This document shows positions 25,927-38,859 of a stretch of DNA of 64,000 nucleotides, piece after piece. The stretch is taken from positions 75,469,565 through 75,533,564 of the forward strand of contig NC_047118.1 of the NCBI RefSeq assembly GCF_902500255.1. The letters are read 5' to 3'. Positions within the stretch are counted from its first letter, which is position 1; each line of letters opens with the position of its first letter. This stretch comes from Thalassophryne amazonica. Its lineage: Eukaryota. The notes under the pieces were generated by a model. The model saw only the letters and a list, made by a program, of their open reading frames with translations, was not told where the DNA came from and did not search any database. A program made the position numbers and the translations under genes.

Positions 25927-28209
25927 CAGTGGTGGGCACAGATAACCAAAAAATTAACTTCAATTACAGATAATCAGATAACTGAAAAGTTATCTTTGAT
26001 AAAGATAAAATGATAAGCCACCCAAAAATGTATCAGAAGTTACAGATAACAGATAAATTCCAGTATTGTCTCTGGTACATTTGCAACTACTAATAAACCA
26101 AATTTGAGTTTTAACACCACAATCGCTTCTGGTAGCATCAAAAGTGACAACAAACCCAAACAATGAGCCCACATTTCTGTTTTTGAGCATCTTGCCCCCT
26201 GCTGGAAACTCTTGTTTACTACATGGCTTCCAGCACAGACGCAAGCTGAGAGCAGCCACAAGCCACATCTCTAACCAATCACAATGCTCCGGTCAGGCGG
26301 AGGTCTTGGAAAATAAAAGCCATGCTGACTTATCTTTTTGATTTATAAATACATTAATACCATAGAAATAACTCCATTAATGTCAATTCTGTCATTTGTA
26401 CAAAGTTAAAATATAACATATATCTTTTAAATGTTGAATAATGCACTGATTCTGAAGTTTTGTAACAAAACACAGACAGATCGCAAAGGATTCTGGGTAA
26501 AATGTGCCTCTGCTAAACACTGATTGGTTCAGTCAATCATTATGTAAACTAACATGTTAATGTGACGTGTCGTATGTTGGTGTTTACAGATAAATGTGCT
26601 TTTGTAAAATATTCCATTTTTTAATTTGTAAAAACAGGCATTTTTACCGAGCCCTGGAAGTGTCATCGCAAAATGTTTTGCATGTGGAGAGAATGTGCGC
26701 ACGTTTTAATATATTGTAAAACGTGCGCACAATATTGTCTTGACAAATAAATGTTGGCTATTTGCCCTATTGACATTTTGAATCCCACAAAACCTCGGAG
26801 AGGTCGCCGCACTGCGAGATCTCAGTAACATTGAGAACTGCATTGAGACATTCTGATCACGCTGCACTTTAGCCACTGCACACAGACAACACCATTAACA
26901 TCGCAACATAAAACTATTTTTATATGGTGCCTAAAGCTCTCATGAATATATTCTCTGGGTTTATAGACGTTATTGTGTTTATTTTATGTAAACATGCGAG
27001 AATCACAGGCTGTCTCTACGTTATTTTCAATGGGAGCTGCTGTGAGCTACAATCGCTTCCTGATCATGTCATTCTGGGGGAAAGTGAAGTTTGCTCTTTA
27101 ACATCTTGATTATTGTTCTTTACAACACTGTTTGACCTCTGAGACTAATACATATAATATGTCTGAAATTCGGTTTGCGTTTATTAAATTCCATGCAGAT
27201 TAAATGTAACAGACATGGATTATTTGTTATAATTGTTTTAGCAAGTTTTCAGGGTATCATGCAGCAGTCTCTTATTAACGTGACGAAAAGCATAAAAAAA
27301 TACATTTTTGTAGTATAATATTAATTTACAACTGTCATCGTGTTGATTCTCTATATGTTGTTGACTGCAGTGACTCTCTGGTGTGCAAGGGATTATGGGA
27401 TACGTCAATAGGGTGAATGAACACTACTGGCCAGTAGATGGCAGTAGAGACCTTGAAAACTTGCCAAAACAAAATTCCAGATAATCCGTGTCTGCTACAT
27501 TTACAATGCATGGAATTTAATAAATGCAGACACAATAACGTCTATAAATCCAGAGAATTTAGGCACGAGAGTTTAATGCTGTTGTCCGTAGAGCCTGATC
27601 AGAGTGTTTCAAATGCATTTCTCATGTCATGAACGTACTGATATTATCCTATCCTATCCGTAATGCACTGCTGGCCACAGCATATATCCACACTAAAACC
27701 TTAGAAATTAGCGCATTACTTTAAAACTAAAACATATATCTGATATTTTATAAAACTTCAGACATGACATTAATTTAAATAACTTGTCCAACATTAGTTT
27801 GGTTAAAAGTTGAACCATAAGTTAAAAATGTATGCCTCTGGATGACTTGGCTGATATTGCCCGCATATCAGTATGGGGTTAAAAGAAATTAGGTTTTTTT
27901 GGGGAGGACCCAGTTCCTCTTTGCTTGCAGAGGATTGAGCGGTTTCTTCTTAAAGCAGCTCTTCTTTGTTTTGTAGATGGTAGAACTACACATCAGCTAC
28001 GAAACATTTAACAGGTAGGTACTCAACTGCTTTTAAGTTTTGTAAATATTTGTAGCTGTTCAGCTTTAAAAATTATTGGACAAAAATTTATAGCAAGATA
28101 ATTAATCAGATAATGGTTTTTAAAGTTATCTAAAAAGATAATCCGATAATGAAAACATTATCTTCGATAATTAGCGGTTATCGGATTATCGGAACTGTGC
28201 CCACCACTG
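25927..28209. mobile_element. Non-autonomous hAT-superfamily DNA transposon with an 8-bp TSD, inserted into a Tc1 transposase fragment
   Basis: TIRs cagtggtgggcacag..ctgtgcccaccactg. Perfect 8-bp direct repeat gttctgag at 25919-25926 and 28210-28217. No transposase ORF; AT-rich with internal inverted duplications. Confidence 0.65.
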
Positions 28210-28217
28210 GTTCTGAG

Positions 28218-28420
28218 CTTTCTCAGAATCATCCTTACCCCACAAAGTGAGATCTTGCATGGAATCCCAGACCGAGGGAGATTGACAGTCATCTTGTGTT
28301 TCTTCCACTTTCTAATAAATAATCATAATAGTTGTTGTCTTCTGCCAAGCTGCTTGCCTGTTGTCCATCCCAGCCTTGTGCAGGTCTACAGTTTTGTCCC
28401 TGGTGTCGTTAGACAGCTCT
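28218..28420 (-). pseudogene. Tc1 transposase N-terminal fragment, split by the hAT insertion (continues at 25850-25918)
   Basis: Minus-strand translation [31 protein letters not shown], with LRTTQEDLVNDLKRAGTTVTKIT across the hAT TSD. Confidence 0.5.
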
Positions 28421-28654
28421 TTGGTCCTGGCTGTGGTGGACAGGTTGGAGTGTGATTGATTGAGTGTGTGAACAGGTGTCTTTTATACAGGTAACAAGTT
28501 CAAACAGGTGCAATTAATACAGGTAAAGAGTGCAGAATAAGAGGGCTTCTTAAAGAAAATTAACAGGTCTGTGAGAGCCAGAATTCTTGCTGGTTGGTAG
28601 GTGTACTTGTTTGCAGCAGTAACATACAAATAGATTATTAAAAAATCACACATT

Positions 28655-28658
<4 letters not shown>

Positions 28659-28710
<52 letters not shown>
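28659..28710. repeat. (TA)n microsatellite
   Basis: Seen directly. Confidence 0.95.
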
Positions 28711-28715
<5 letters not shown>

Positions 28716-29824
28716 CAAAAATATAAACGCAACACTTTTGGTTTTGCTCCCATTTTGTATGAGATGAACTCAAAGATCTAAAACTTTTTCCACATACACA
28801 ATATCACCATTTCCCTCAAATACTGTTCACAAACCAGTCTAAATCTGTGATTAGTGAGCACTTCTCCTTTGCTGAGATAATCCATCCCATCTCACAGGTG
28901 TGCCATACCAAGATGCTGATTAGACACCATGATTAGTGCACAGGTGTGCCTTAGACTGCCCACAATAAAAGGCCACTCTGAAAGGTGCAGTTTTATCACA
29001 CAGCACAATGCCACAGATGTCGCAAGATTTGAGGGAGCGTGCAATTGGCATGCTGACAGCAGGAATGTCAACCAGAGCTGTTGCTCGTGTATTGAATGTT
29101 CATTTCTCTACCATAAGCCGTCTCCAAAGGCGTTTCAGAGAATTTGGCAGTACATCCAACCAGCCTCACAACCGCAGACCACGTGTAACCACACCAGCCC
29201 AGGACCTCCACATCCAGCATGTTCACCTCCAAGATCGTCTGAGACCAGCCACTCGGACAGCTGCTGAAACAATCGGTTTGCATAACCAAAGAATTTCTGC
29301 ACAAACTGTCAGAAACTGTCTTAGGGAAGCTCATCTGCATGCTCGTCATCCTCATTGGGGTCTTGACCTGACTCCAGTTCGTCATCGTAACTGACTTGAG
29401 TGGGCAAATGCTCACATTCGCTGGCGTTTGGCATGTTGGAGAGGTGTTCTCTTCACGAATGATGCGAAGGAGATGTGTTGCACTGCATGAGGCAAATGGT
29501 GGTCACACCAGATACTGACTGGTATCCCCCCCCAATAAAACAAAACTGCACCTTTCAGAGTGGCCTTTTATTGTGGGCAGTCTAAGGCAGACCTGTGCAC
29601 TAATCATGGTGTCTAATCAGCATCTTGGTATGGCACACCTGTGAGGTGGGATGGATTATCTCAGCAAAGGAGAAGTGCTCACTATCACAGATTTAGACTG
29701 GTTTGTGAACAATATTTGAGGGAAATGGTGATATTGTGTATGTGGAAAAAGTTTTAGATCTTTGAGTTCATCTCATACAAAATGGGAGCAAAACCAAAAG
29801 TGTTGCGTTTATATTTTTGTTGAG
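28711..29824 (+). mobile_element. Internally deleted Tc1-family element with ~300-bp terminal inverted repeats (copy B)
   Basis: 28711-29000 is the reverse complement of 29530-29824. Interior encodes only the transposase N-terminus (ORF 29008-29394: MPQMSQDLRERAIGMLTAGMSTRAVARVLNVHFSTISRLQRRFREFGSTSNQPHNRRPRVTTPAQDLHIQ). Confidence 0.75.
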
Positions 29825-30000
29825 TATATATCTATATCTATATTTATATATATATTTATTTATTTATATTTGACATCACTGACTTAAAATCATGGGAAAA
29901 TAGAAACATTACATCAAATACTAATTTTATTGATACTGAACTGTGGCTCATTGTGATCATACAGAATCCTGTTTGTACCAGGTAATCACAGCAAAGTGCT

Positions 30001-30004
30001 ACTA

Positions 30005-30079
<75 letters not shown>

Positions 30080-30137
30080 GTGTTGTGTGTGTGTGTGTGG
30101 TGTGTGGGTGTGTGTGTGTGTGTGTGTGTGTGTTTGA
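30001..30137. repeat. (GT)n microsatellite, about 135 bp and slightly interrupted
   Basis: Seen directly. Confidence 0.95.
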
Positions 30138-31462
30138 CTATAAATGTTAGAGCTGTAGTTTTTGGTGTTTCTGAGATGCTTCTTTCAGGATTTAGTCCAT
30201 TTGAAGAATGTTATCAAAAAGCAACAAAATACAAACAAAAAAAAACATTTATTTCAGAAGAGGGTTTTTTTGTCCAAAAAAGGTGCAAAATATCTAATTA
30301 AAGTAACAGATGTTCTTTAAAGTTTTTGCAGTAATTTTTATTGATGTTCTTTATTTGTTGTGACAAAAATGTTATTTTTCACAAACCAAAGTATCAACAC
30401 AGAATACAAAAGTTGGCAAAAAGCAAAGTTTAAAACAGACGTATAACGTTTGTGGAGAAAAAGTTATTGGTTCATGGTTTGTTTGTTTTTAAATTAGTGC
30501 ATTCATCATTCCTTTTTTAAATTATGTTCCACCTCCTCATGATAAAAACCCCTCTGACCATCTGATGGTGGCGCTGTCAGCAGGGTCAAACACTCTCCAT
30601 CAAACTGATATCAGAAGTTTTTATTCATATTTCAAACTCTGAAATCTTCTGGACGCTGTACTGGACCGTCATGGTGAAGAAGGGGCTGATTTGGAAGGCG
30701 AGGCCCATTAACCAGTCAATTTACGCTCCTGTCCCCACCTGTGGTCATGAGCTTTGGATAATGACTGAAAGCATAAGATCGCAGATACAAGCAGCAAAAA
30801 ATGAAATTCCCACCTCGGGTATCTGGTCTTAAATTCCTGGGCCCATATCCACGAAGCAGCCTAAGGCTAAAAAATAGCTCCTAGTGATGTTATTCTAAGA
30901 AAAATCTTAGAAGTCTTTGAATTCATAGACATTTCTTAGAATTTTCCCAAGATGAGATGAAAGTTGTCCAAGCACCTTAGGCCTTAAGAGAGCTCCTAAA
31001 GTGCCAAACTGGTAAGAAGAGGGAGGAGGACTTTTAGGAAGCCTAGGAGTCTATTAAGCAGAGAAAATGGCAGAAAAGAGAGAGAGGAAGCAGAGATATT
31101 TTCCGTATGTAGGTTGACAGTGAGTCAGTAACATGCTGCCTGCTTGATCTACGTAATTATTTTATGTTAATTTACTGTCTTAATGTATTTCGAAATTGTT
31201 TAGGTTCTTCTCACACACACTGTTTATATTATCACTAATTTATTATTATTATTTTATCATCTGCTTTATTAATATTGTTATTTTCTTTTATTATTACTTC
31301 TATTTTGCCATTTGATTTTAAATGGACCACAATGGAAATAAATCTTGTGTCATGCATGTATTTTTAGCATATTTACAATTATATTATGTACTCAAAATGG
31401 ACATACTAAATAAGCTCACACATGCATACACGCACGCACGCACACTTTTAATACGAGGTCTA

Positions 31463-34020
31463 TTAATCAATCAATCAACTTTTTTTTTATATAGCGCCAA
31501 ATCACAACAAACAGTTGCCCCAAGGCGCTTTATATTGTTAGGCAAGGCCATACAATAATTATGAAAAACCCCAACGGTCAAAACGACCCCCTGTGAGCAA
31601 GCACTTGGCAACAGTGGGAAGGAAAAACTCCCTCTTAACAGGAAGAAACCTCCAGCAGAACCAGGCTCAGGGAGGGGCAGTCTTCTGCTGAGACTGGTTG
31701 GGGCTGAGGGAAAGAACCAGGAAAAGACATGCTGTGGAGGGGGGCAGAGATCGATCACTAATGATTAAATGCGGAGTGATGCATACAGAGCAAAAAGAGA
31801 AAGAAACAGTGCATCATGGGAACCCCCCCACAGTCTACGTCTAAAGCAGCATAACCAAGGGATAGTCCAGGGTCACCCGATCCAGCCCTAACTATAAGCC
31901 TTAGCGAAAAGGAAAGTTTTAAGCCTAATCTTAAAAGTAGAGAGGGTATCTGTCTCCCTGATCTGAATTGGGAGCTGGTTCCACAGGAGAGGAGCCTGAA
32001 AGCTGAAGGCTCTGCCTCCCATTCTACTCTTACAAACCCTAGGAACTACAAGTAAGCCTGCAGTCTGAGAGCGAAGCGCTCTATTAGGGTGATATGGTAC
32101 TACGAGGTCCCTAAGATAAGATGGGACCTGATTATTCAAAACCTTATAAGTAAGAAGAAGAATTTTAAATTCTATTCTAGAATTAACAGGAAGCCAATGA
32201 AGAGAGGCCAACACGGGTGAGATATGCTCTCTCCTGCTAGTCCCCGTCAGTACTCTAGCTGCAGCATTTTGAATTAACTGAAGGCTTTTTAGGGAACTTT
32301 AGGACAACCTGATAATAAAGAATTACAATAGTCCAGCCTAGAGGAAATAAATGCATGAATTAGTTTTTCAGCATCACTCTGAGACAAGACCTTTCTGATT
32401 TTAGAGATATTGCGTAAATGCAAAAAGGCAGTCCTACATATTGTTTAATATGCGCTTTGAATGACATATCCTGATCAAAAATGACTCCAAGATTTCTCAC
32501 AGTATTACTAGAGGTCAGGGAAATGCCATCCAGAGTAAAGATGTGGTTAGACACCATGCTTCTAAGATTTGTGGGGCCAAGTACAATAACTTCAGTTTTA
32601 TCTGAGTTTAAAAGCAGGAAATTAGAGGTCATCCATGTTTTTATGTCTGTAAGACAATCCTGCAGTTTAGCTAATTGGTGTGTGTCCTCTGGCTTCATGG
32701 ATAGATAAAGCTGGGTATCATCTGCGTAACAATGAAAATTCAAGCAATACCGTCTAATAATACTGCCTAAGGGAAGCATGTATAAAGTGAATAAAATTGG
32801 TCCTAGCACAGAACCTTGTGGAACTCCATAATTAACTTTAGTCTGTGAAGAAGATTCCCCATTTACATGAACAAACTGTAATCTATTAGACAAATATGAT
32901 TCAAACCACCGCAGCGCAGTGCCTTTAATACCTATGACATGCTCTAATCTCTGTAATAAAATTTTATGGTCAACAGTATCAAAAGCAGCACTGAGGTCCA
33001 ACAGAACAAGCACAGAGATAAGTCCACTGTCCGAAGCCATAAGAAGATCATTTGTAACCTTCACTAATGCTGTTTCTGTACTATGATGAATTCTAAAACC
33101 TGACTGAAACTCTTCAAATAGACCATTCCTCTGCAGGTGATCAGTTAGCTGTTTTACAACTACCCTCTCAAGAATCTTTGAGAGAAAAGGAAGGTTGGAG
33201 ATTGGCCTATAATTAGCTAAAATAGCTGGGTCAAGTGATGGCTTTTTAAGTAATGGTTTAATTACTGCCACCTTAAAAGCCTGTGGTACATAGCCAACTA
33301 ACAAAGATAAGTTGATCATATTTAAGATTGAAGCATTAAATAATGGTAGGACTTCCTTAAGCAGCCTGGCAGGAATGGGGTCTAATAAACATGTTGATGG
33401 TTTGGATGAAGTAACTAATGAAAATAACTCAGACAGAACAATCGGAGAGAAAGAGTCTAACCAAATACCGGCATCACTGAAAGCAGCCAAAGATAACGAT
33501 ACATCTTTGGGATGGTTATGAGTAATTTTTTCTCTAATAGTCAAAATTTTGTTAGCAAAGAAAGTCATGAAGTCATTACTAGTTAAAGTTAATGGAATAC
33601 TCAGCTCAATAGAGCTCTGACTCTTTGTCAGCCTGGCTACAGTGCTGAAAAGAAACCTGAGGTTGTTCTTATTTTCTTGAATTAGTGATGAGTAGAAAGA
33701 TGTCCTAGCTTTACGGAGGGCTTTTTTATAGAGCAACAAACTCTTTTTCCAGGCTAAGTGAAGATCTTCTAAATTAGTGAGACGCCATTTCCTCTCCAAC
33801 TTACGGGTTATCTGCTTTAAGCTACGAGTTTGTGAGTTATACCACGGAGTCAGACACTTCTGATTTAAAGCTCTCTTTTCAGAGGAGCTACAGCATCCAA
33901 AGTTGTCTTCAATGAGGATGTAAAACTATTGACGAGATACTCTAACTCTCTTACAGAGTTTAGGTAGCTACTCTGCTCTGTGTTGGTATATGACAATAGA
34001 GAACATAAAGAAGGAATCAT
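31463..34020 (-). mobile_element. L2-type LINE (non-LTR retrotransposon), 5'-truncated, with a long RT ORF
   Basis: 479-aa ORF 32360-33799 with RT motifs ([39 protein letters not shown]). C-terminal tail ORF 31888-32214. 3' end has the L2 motif ttgtgatttggcgctatataaa plus a (TTGA)n tail, seen as reverse complement at 31465-31530. Confidence 0.75.
32360..33799 (-). CDS. LINE ORF2 reverse-transcriptase domain (479-aa open frame, the longest TE ORF in the window)
   Basis: RT domains 1-7, see above. The only long uninterrupted ORF in the window apart from L1 ORF2. Confidence 0.7.
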   Translation of the reverse strand: MERKWRLTNLEDLHLAWKKSLLLYKKALRKARTSFYSSLIQENKNNLRFLFSTVARLTKSQSSIELSIPLTLTSNDFMTFFANKILTIREKITHNHPKDVSLSLAAFSDAGIWLDSFSPIVLSELFSLVTSSKPSTCLLDPIPARLLKEVLPLFNASILNMINLSLLVGYVPQAFKVAVIKPLLKKPSLDPAILANYRPISNLPFLSKILERVVVKQLTDHLQRNGLFEEFQSGFRIHHSTETALVKVTNDLLMASDSGLISVLVLLDLSAAFDTVDHKILLQRLEHVIGIKGTALRWFESYLSNRLQFVHVNGESSSQTKVNYGVPQGSVLGPILFTLYMLPLGSIIRRYCLNFHCYADDTQLYLSMKPEDTHQLAKLQDCLTDIKTWMTSNFLLLNSDKTEVIVLGPTNLRSMVSNHIFTLDGISLTSSNTVRNLGVIFDQDMSFKAHIKQYVGLPFCIYAISLKSERSCLRVMLKN

Positions 34021-34023
34021 TAG

Positions 34024-35347
34024 AAAGTATCCGACCTTATTATTTTTTTCAAAAACCATATGGATTTGAATCACGTGTGATTACATCAGACGTGGGCATG
34101 CGAGAGTTTTTTCACGCCTGTCGGTTACGTCATTCGCCTGTGGGCAGTCTTTGAGTGAGGAGTCGCCCACCCTCTCGTCGATTTTTTCATTGTTTAGGAA
34201 TGGGTCAGAGACTGCTGCTTTGTTTGATCAAAATTTTTTCAAAACTGTAAGGCACAACTGAGTGGACACCATTCAATAAATTCAGCTGGTTTTCAGTAAA
34301 AATTTTAACGGCTGATGAGAGATTTTGGTCTGGTAGTGTCACCGTAAGGATGGCCCATGGCGCCTGACGGCGATCTGAGCTTCGAGGCGGCAGCGTCTCA
34401 CCGTTTCAAGTTGAAAACCTCCACATTTCAGGCTCTGTTGACCCAGTAAGTCGTCAGAGAACAGAGAACTTTCAGAAGAAGTCGGCATGAGGAGTTTATT
34501 CGGACATTCCATTGTTAACGGACATTTTGTAATGAAAGAACGTGCGGGCAGAGTCGCATGTCGGGCCGGACCCGACCGCGGGGGGTCGCGACAGGAAAAA
34601 CACCTCCGTTGGAAACCTTAACGGGCAAGTTGGAACATGCCCAAGCTATTAAACAATTTCTCAGTTACTCACTTGTTGAAAGCCATCAAAAGCCGCCTGA
34701 ATTTTACAAATGGTTTTCAACACGGAGGTGTTTTTCCTGTCGCGGCGCACACAGATTTGCCGAGTCGTCACGGAAACGACTCGGCGAATTTGCGCGCACG
34801 TCTTTCATTACAAAATGTCCTTAAACAGTGGAATGTCCACATAAAGTCCTCATGCCGGCCTCTTCTGAATCTTCTCTGTTCTCTCACGACGTCCTGGGTG
34901 AATTAAGCCTTAAATTAGGATGTTTTCAGGTCGAAACAGGCCGACGACGGCGCCTGGAAGCGCTGCACAACGTCCCACTCCGTGGGAAGTCCTTACACCG
35001 ACAGAAACACCCCATAATCTCTCATCAGCCGTTAAACTTTTCACCGAAAACCAGCTAAATTTCTCAAATAGTGTCCACTCGGATATTCCTCACAGGTCCA
35101 GAAAAAAATTTTGATAAAGCAACGCGCGCCGTCTCGAGCAGCATGTGAAACAAAGGAATTCAGCCGAGAGGGCGGGACCACATCTCACTCAAGGCCTGCC
35201 CACAGGGAAATGACGTCACCGACACGCGTGAAAAAACTCATGCATGCGCACGAGGGTTCAAGCATGATTGGTGTAATCGAACGTCATTCAAATCCATATA
35301 GTTAAAAAAAAAATAAAAGGGTCGGTTTATTATCTAATAGACCACGT
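34024..35347. mobile_element. Hairpin/foldback element, copy H2 (near-complete ~1.3 kb palindrome)
   Basis: Left arm 34024-34640 is the reverse complement of right arm 34700-35347. Same termini family as H1 and H3 (tatggatttgaatcacgtgtgattacatcag). Left outer terminus slightly truncated. Confidence 0.7.
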
Positions 35348-35699
35348 ATATAGATATTCGGCATGTGAATGATGTACGTTCAAACATTTTCAAGCTGTGT
35401 AACAATTCATCTAATTTTGCTGAGTTTCATCATCATAACGTTAAGTTATCCTCGTGATTACACGTCTTCTGGTTATATGATTGGTTGATTTCACTGGCCA
35501 TTCATGCCTAGGAGGGCAGAGCACATTCGTTTTTTATTTCTCCTCCCCTTTCCGTGACAACCAATCACAGCTCTTAGAGGACTGTGTCATAAATAGCAAC
35601 GGGGTCAACCCTGCCTCCTCACAAAGATAGGAGTTTCTGTCCCCTCCTTGCTCAGAGTTGCTCTCAGACACCTCTTGGATCTCTCTTAGGCTAAGATTC

Positions 35700-36010
35700 T
35701 TTGCCAGGAAAGTTTAGGCTAAGTTAGGAGCTCTTTGAGTGGGCTTTGATTTGCTTTGTGGTTACAGGCCCTGGACTCCTGGAGAAGGTCCACTATCCAG
35801 GAGGGACTTGGGGGATGCTCCCTGGTTGTCTGCCTAAGGAGGCCTTACAGGCACGTCCAACAGGGAGAAGGCCCCGGGGAAATCCTAGTACATGCTAGAG
35901 AGATCACATTTCCCAGATGGCTTGGGAACGCCTTGGGATCCCCCTGGAAGAGTTAGAAGACTTGGCCAATGATAGGGAAGTGTGGAATAAGCTGCTTGCT
36001 CTGTTGCCAC
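35700..36010 (+). mobile_element. LINE 3' fragment of the same family as 49150-50135 (shares its 3' tail)
   Basis: Encodes ..TGPGLLEKVHYPGGTWGMLPGCLPKEALQARPTGRRPRGNPST..FPRWLGNALGSPWKS in the correct frame. The DNA matches 49830-50100 and 61850-61990. Confidence 0.45.
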
Positions 36011-36039
36011 TATGACCCAGACCTGGATTGAATTAATTT

Positions 36040-36470
36040 AAAGAATGGGATGAAAACAGGAGAACGTGAACGCCTAACATCAGAACGAAGCAAATGCATG
36101 ACATCAGAATGATGAGAATGGCTGGCATCAAAATAATGTTAACACCTGATATCAGAATGAAGTGAAGGCCTGACATCAGAACAATGTGAACGCCTGACAT
36201 TAGAACAGTGTGTATGCCTGATGTCAGAATAAAGTGAACACCTGATGTCAGAACCAAGTGAATACAAAATGTTAAGACAAAGCCCATGCCTGATGTAAGA
36301 ATGAAGCTAAAGCCTGATCAACACCTAACATGAAAACAAAGTGTTTACTTGACATCAGAACTATGTGAACACCTGAAATCAGAACAAAGCAGATGCCTGA
36401 CGTTGGAACAAAGCAAACACCTGACTTCAGAACAAACCCAATGCCTGATGTCAGAGCAAAGAAATGAATC
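36040..36470. repeat. Minisatellite with a 24-bp unit (cctgacatcagaacaaagtgaacg-like), about 18 copies
   Basis: Visible periodicity. Both-strand ORFs 36033-36570 are periodic translation artefacts. Confidence 0.85.
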
Positions 36471-37504
36471 ATGGATCAGTGACGGTGTTAATGGCTCCTG
36501 CTTCCTGCTTTTAAGTGTCCATGCAGACGCCATGAGTCCGCAGGAAATCCTGCCGGGAGCCAGATGTTGATTAGTGTGGGAGTCAGCTCCTCGCTTTAAT
36601 GGAGTCTCAGCAATCCAATAAAGACCTGATTACACCCAGAAGACAGCAAACCAAAACCAGACTCTGAGAGAAACCAACGTTAGGGTTCCTATCATGAGAA
36701 CTCACATGATTAATATATGTAAACAAAAGGAATCATCACTCAACAATGTTTTTTCCTTTTATTTCCACCTTTGCACATGTACGTTTTATCACAGGCTAGT
36801 TGCTCACGTTTTGCTGATCTGCCTCAAAGCCTTTGATCTTTTTCTTTGTGATTCAACTTTTTAATAATTATAGAATTCCAAAATTATTGTCCAACTTTCT
36901 GTATCGTCTGTGTGTAGCAGAATAAGATTAGGATCTGGATCCAGATTAGTTACAGTGAAATACACATTCACAAGGCGTTCATGTTAATGAAATTAATAAA
37001 TAAAAATTTGCTTTTTTATTACACTAAAAAACTTCTATAGCAGCTGGCAGGGATCAACGTTCACGTCATCACTCCTCTCATGGCTGGAATTCAATGAAAT
37101 TAGCTGGAAAAAAAAAATTTTCTTCTTCTTTTTTTTTTACTGTTTGTTCAGTTGATCTAATGACTTATTGTGAATTAAAAACTCTAATAATATTTGGCCA
37201 TTTTATCCCACAGAGGAAAGGTGAGCTTTATTTTTCACTGAATTATTCTTGTATAACTGATTTTTGCCGGGGTGGTGGCCAAGAGGTTAGTGCACATGGT
37301 TTCAATGCGGAAGGCTACTGGTTCAAACCTCACTCACCACATTTCTCCATGCAGTGTGGTGTTCCATCAGGAAGGGCAGACATTGTAAAACATGCAAGAT
37401 CCACCTGGCATCTGCTGTGAGTGAAAACAAGGGAGAAGCCAAAGGGGCTTTTTATTGTATAAATATTTTAAGGTCATTCATTCATTCATTCATTCATCTT
37501 CTAC

Positions 37505-37830
37505 CGCTTAGTCCAATCAAGGGTCGCGGGGGGCTGGAGCCTATCCCAGCAGCCATTGAGCGCAAGGCGGGGTACACCCAGGACAGGACACCAGTCTGTC
37601 TCATGGCCACAAACAGACAAACAAATACAGACGCACCCACACACACACCTACGGACAATTTAAAGATTCCAGTCCACCTAACCCGCATGTTTTGGATGTG
37701 GGAGGAAACCGGAGCACCCGGAGGAAACCCACGCAAACACGGGGAGAACATGCAAACTCCACACAGAAAGGCCGTGGAAAGTGAACCCACGACCTTCTCG
37801 CTGTGAGGCAGCGGTGCTAACCACTAAGGT
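37505..37830 (-). mobile_element. tRNA-derived SINE (family A), minus orientation; adjacent to a (TTCA)n tract and a second tRNA-like head at 37262-37345
   Basis: Reverse complement has tRNA-like head ggttagcaccgctgcctcacagcgagaaggtcgtgggttc and tail ..ctgtcctgggtgtaccccgccttgcgctcaatggctgctgggataggctccagcc. Confidence 0.6.
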
Positions 37831-38859
37831 CAAACACATTTAATTTGTCCTCCAGCAGCTTTTCTACAGCCAATGCACTGTAGCTCATCTCACATTTTTT
37901 ATGTTAATATTTTGGTTCTGTCTCATCATGAATGCTGTTGTGATTCTCTAACATCAATTTCAGCTTCTTACATAAAGATATTTGCTTTAAAGTTTGTAAA
38001 CACTTAAGGAAGTAAAGCGCAAACAAAAAGTCAAGCTTCATGTTTTTATCTGCACAAACCTTCAGCCTGAGGTGCTGTGTTGGTGTCAAACTGGGGGTCA
38101 GGGGGCCGGAGAAGGCCACTCCTGAATCTACAATCCCAATTCCAATAAAGTTGGAACGTTGTGTAAAATGTTTAAAAAAAAACAAAAAACCAAATACAAT
38201 GATTTGCAAATCCTATCAACCTATATTGAACTGAATACACCACAAAGACAAGATATTTAATGTTCAAACTGATAAACTTTATTGTTTATGTGCAAATTTT
38301 TGCTCATTTTGAAATGGATGCCTGCAACACGATTCAAAAAATCTGTGACATTGGTATGTTTACCACTGTGTTACATCACCTTTCCTTCTAACAACACTCA
38401 ATAAGTGTTTGGGAACTGAGGACACTCATGATTGGGGTATAAAAGGAGCATTCCCAAAAGTCTCAGCCGTTCACAAGCAAAGTTGGGGTCAGGATCATCA
38501 CTGAACAACTGCATGAAAAATAGTCCAACAGTTTAAGACCAATGTTTCTCAGTGTTCAATTGCAAGGAATTTAGGGATTCCATCATCTACAGTCCATAAT
38601 ATAATCAGAAAATTCAGAGAATCTGGAGAACTTTCTACACATAAGCAGCAAGGCCGAAAACCAACATTGAATGTCTGTGACCGGCACTGCATTAAAAACC
38701 GACATCATTGTGTAAAGGATCTTACCGCGTGGGCTCAGGAACACTTCACAGAACCATTGTCAGTTAACACAGTTTGTCACTACATCTACAAGTGCAAGTT
38801 AAAACTCTACCATGCAAAGCGAAAGCCATACATCAACAACATCCAGAAACGCCACCGCC

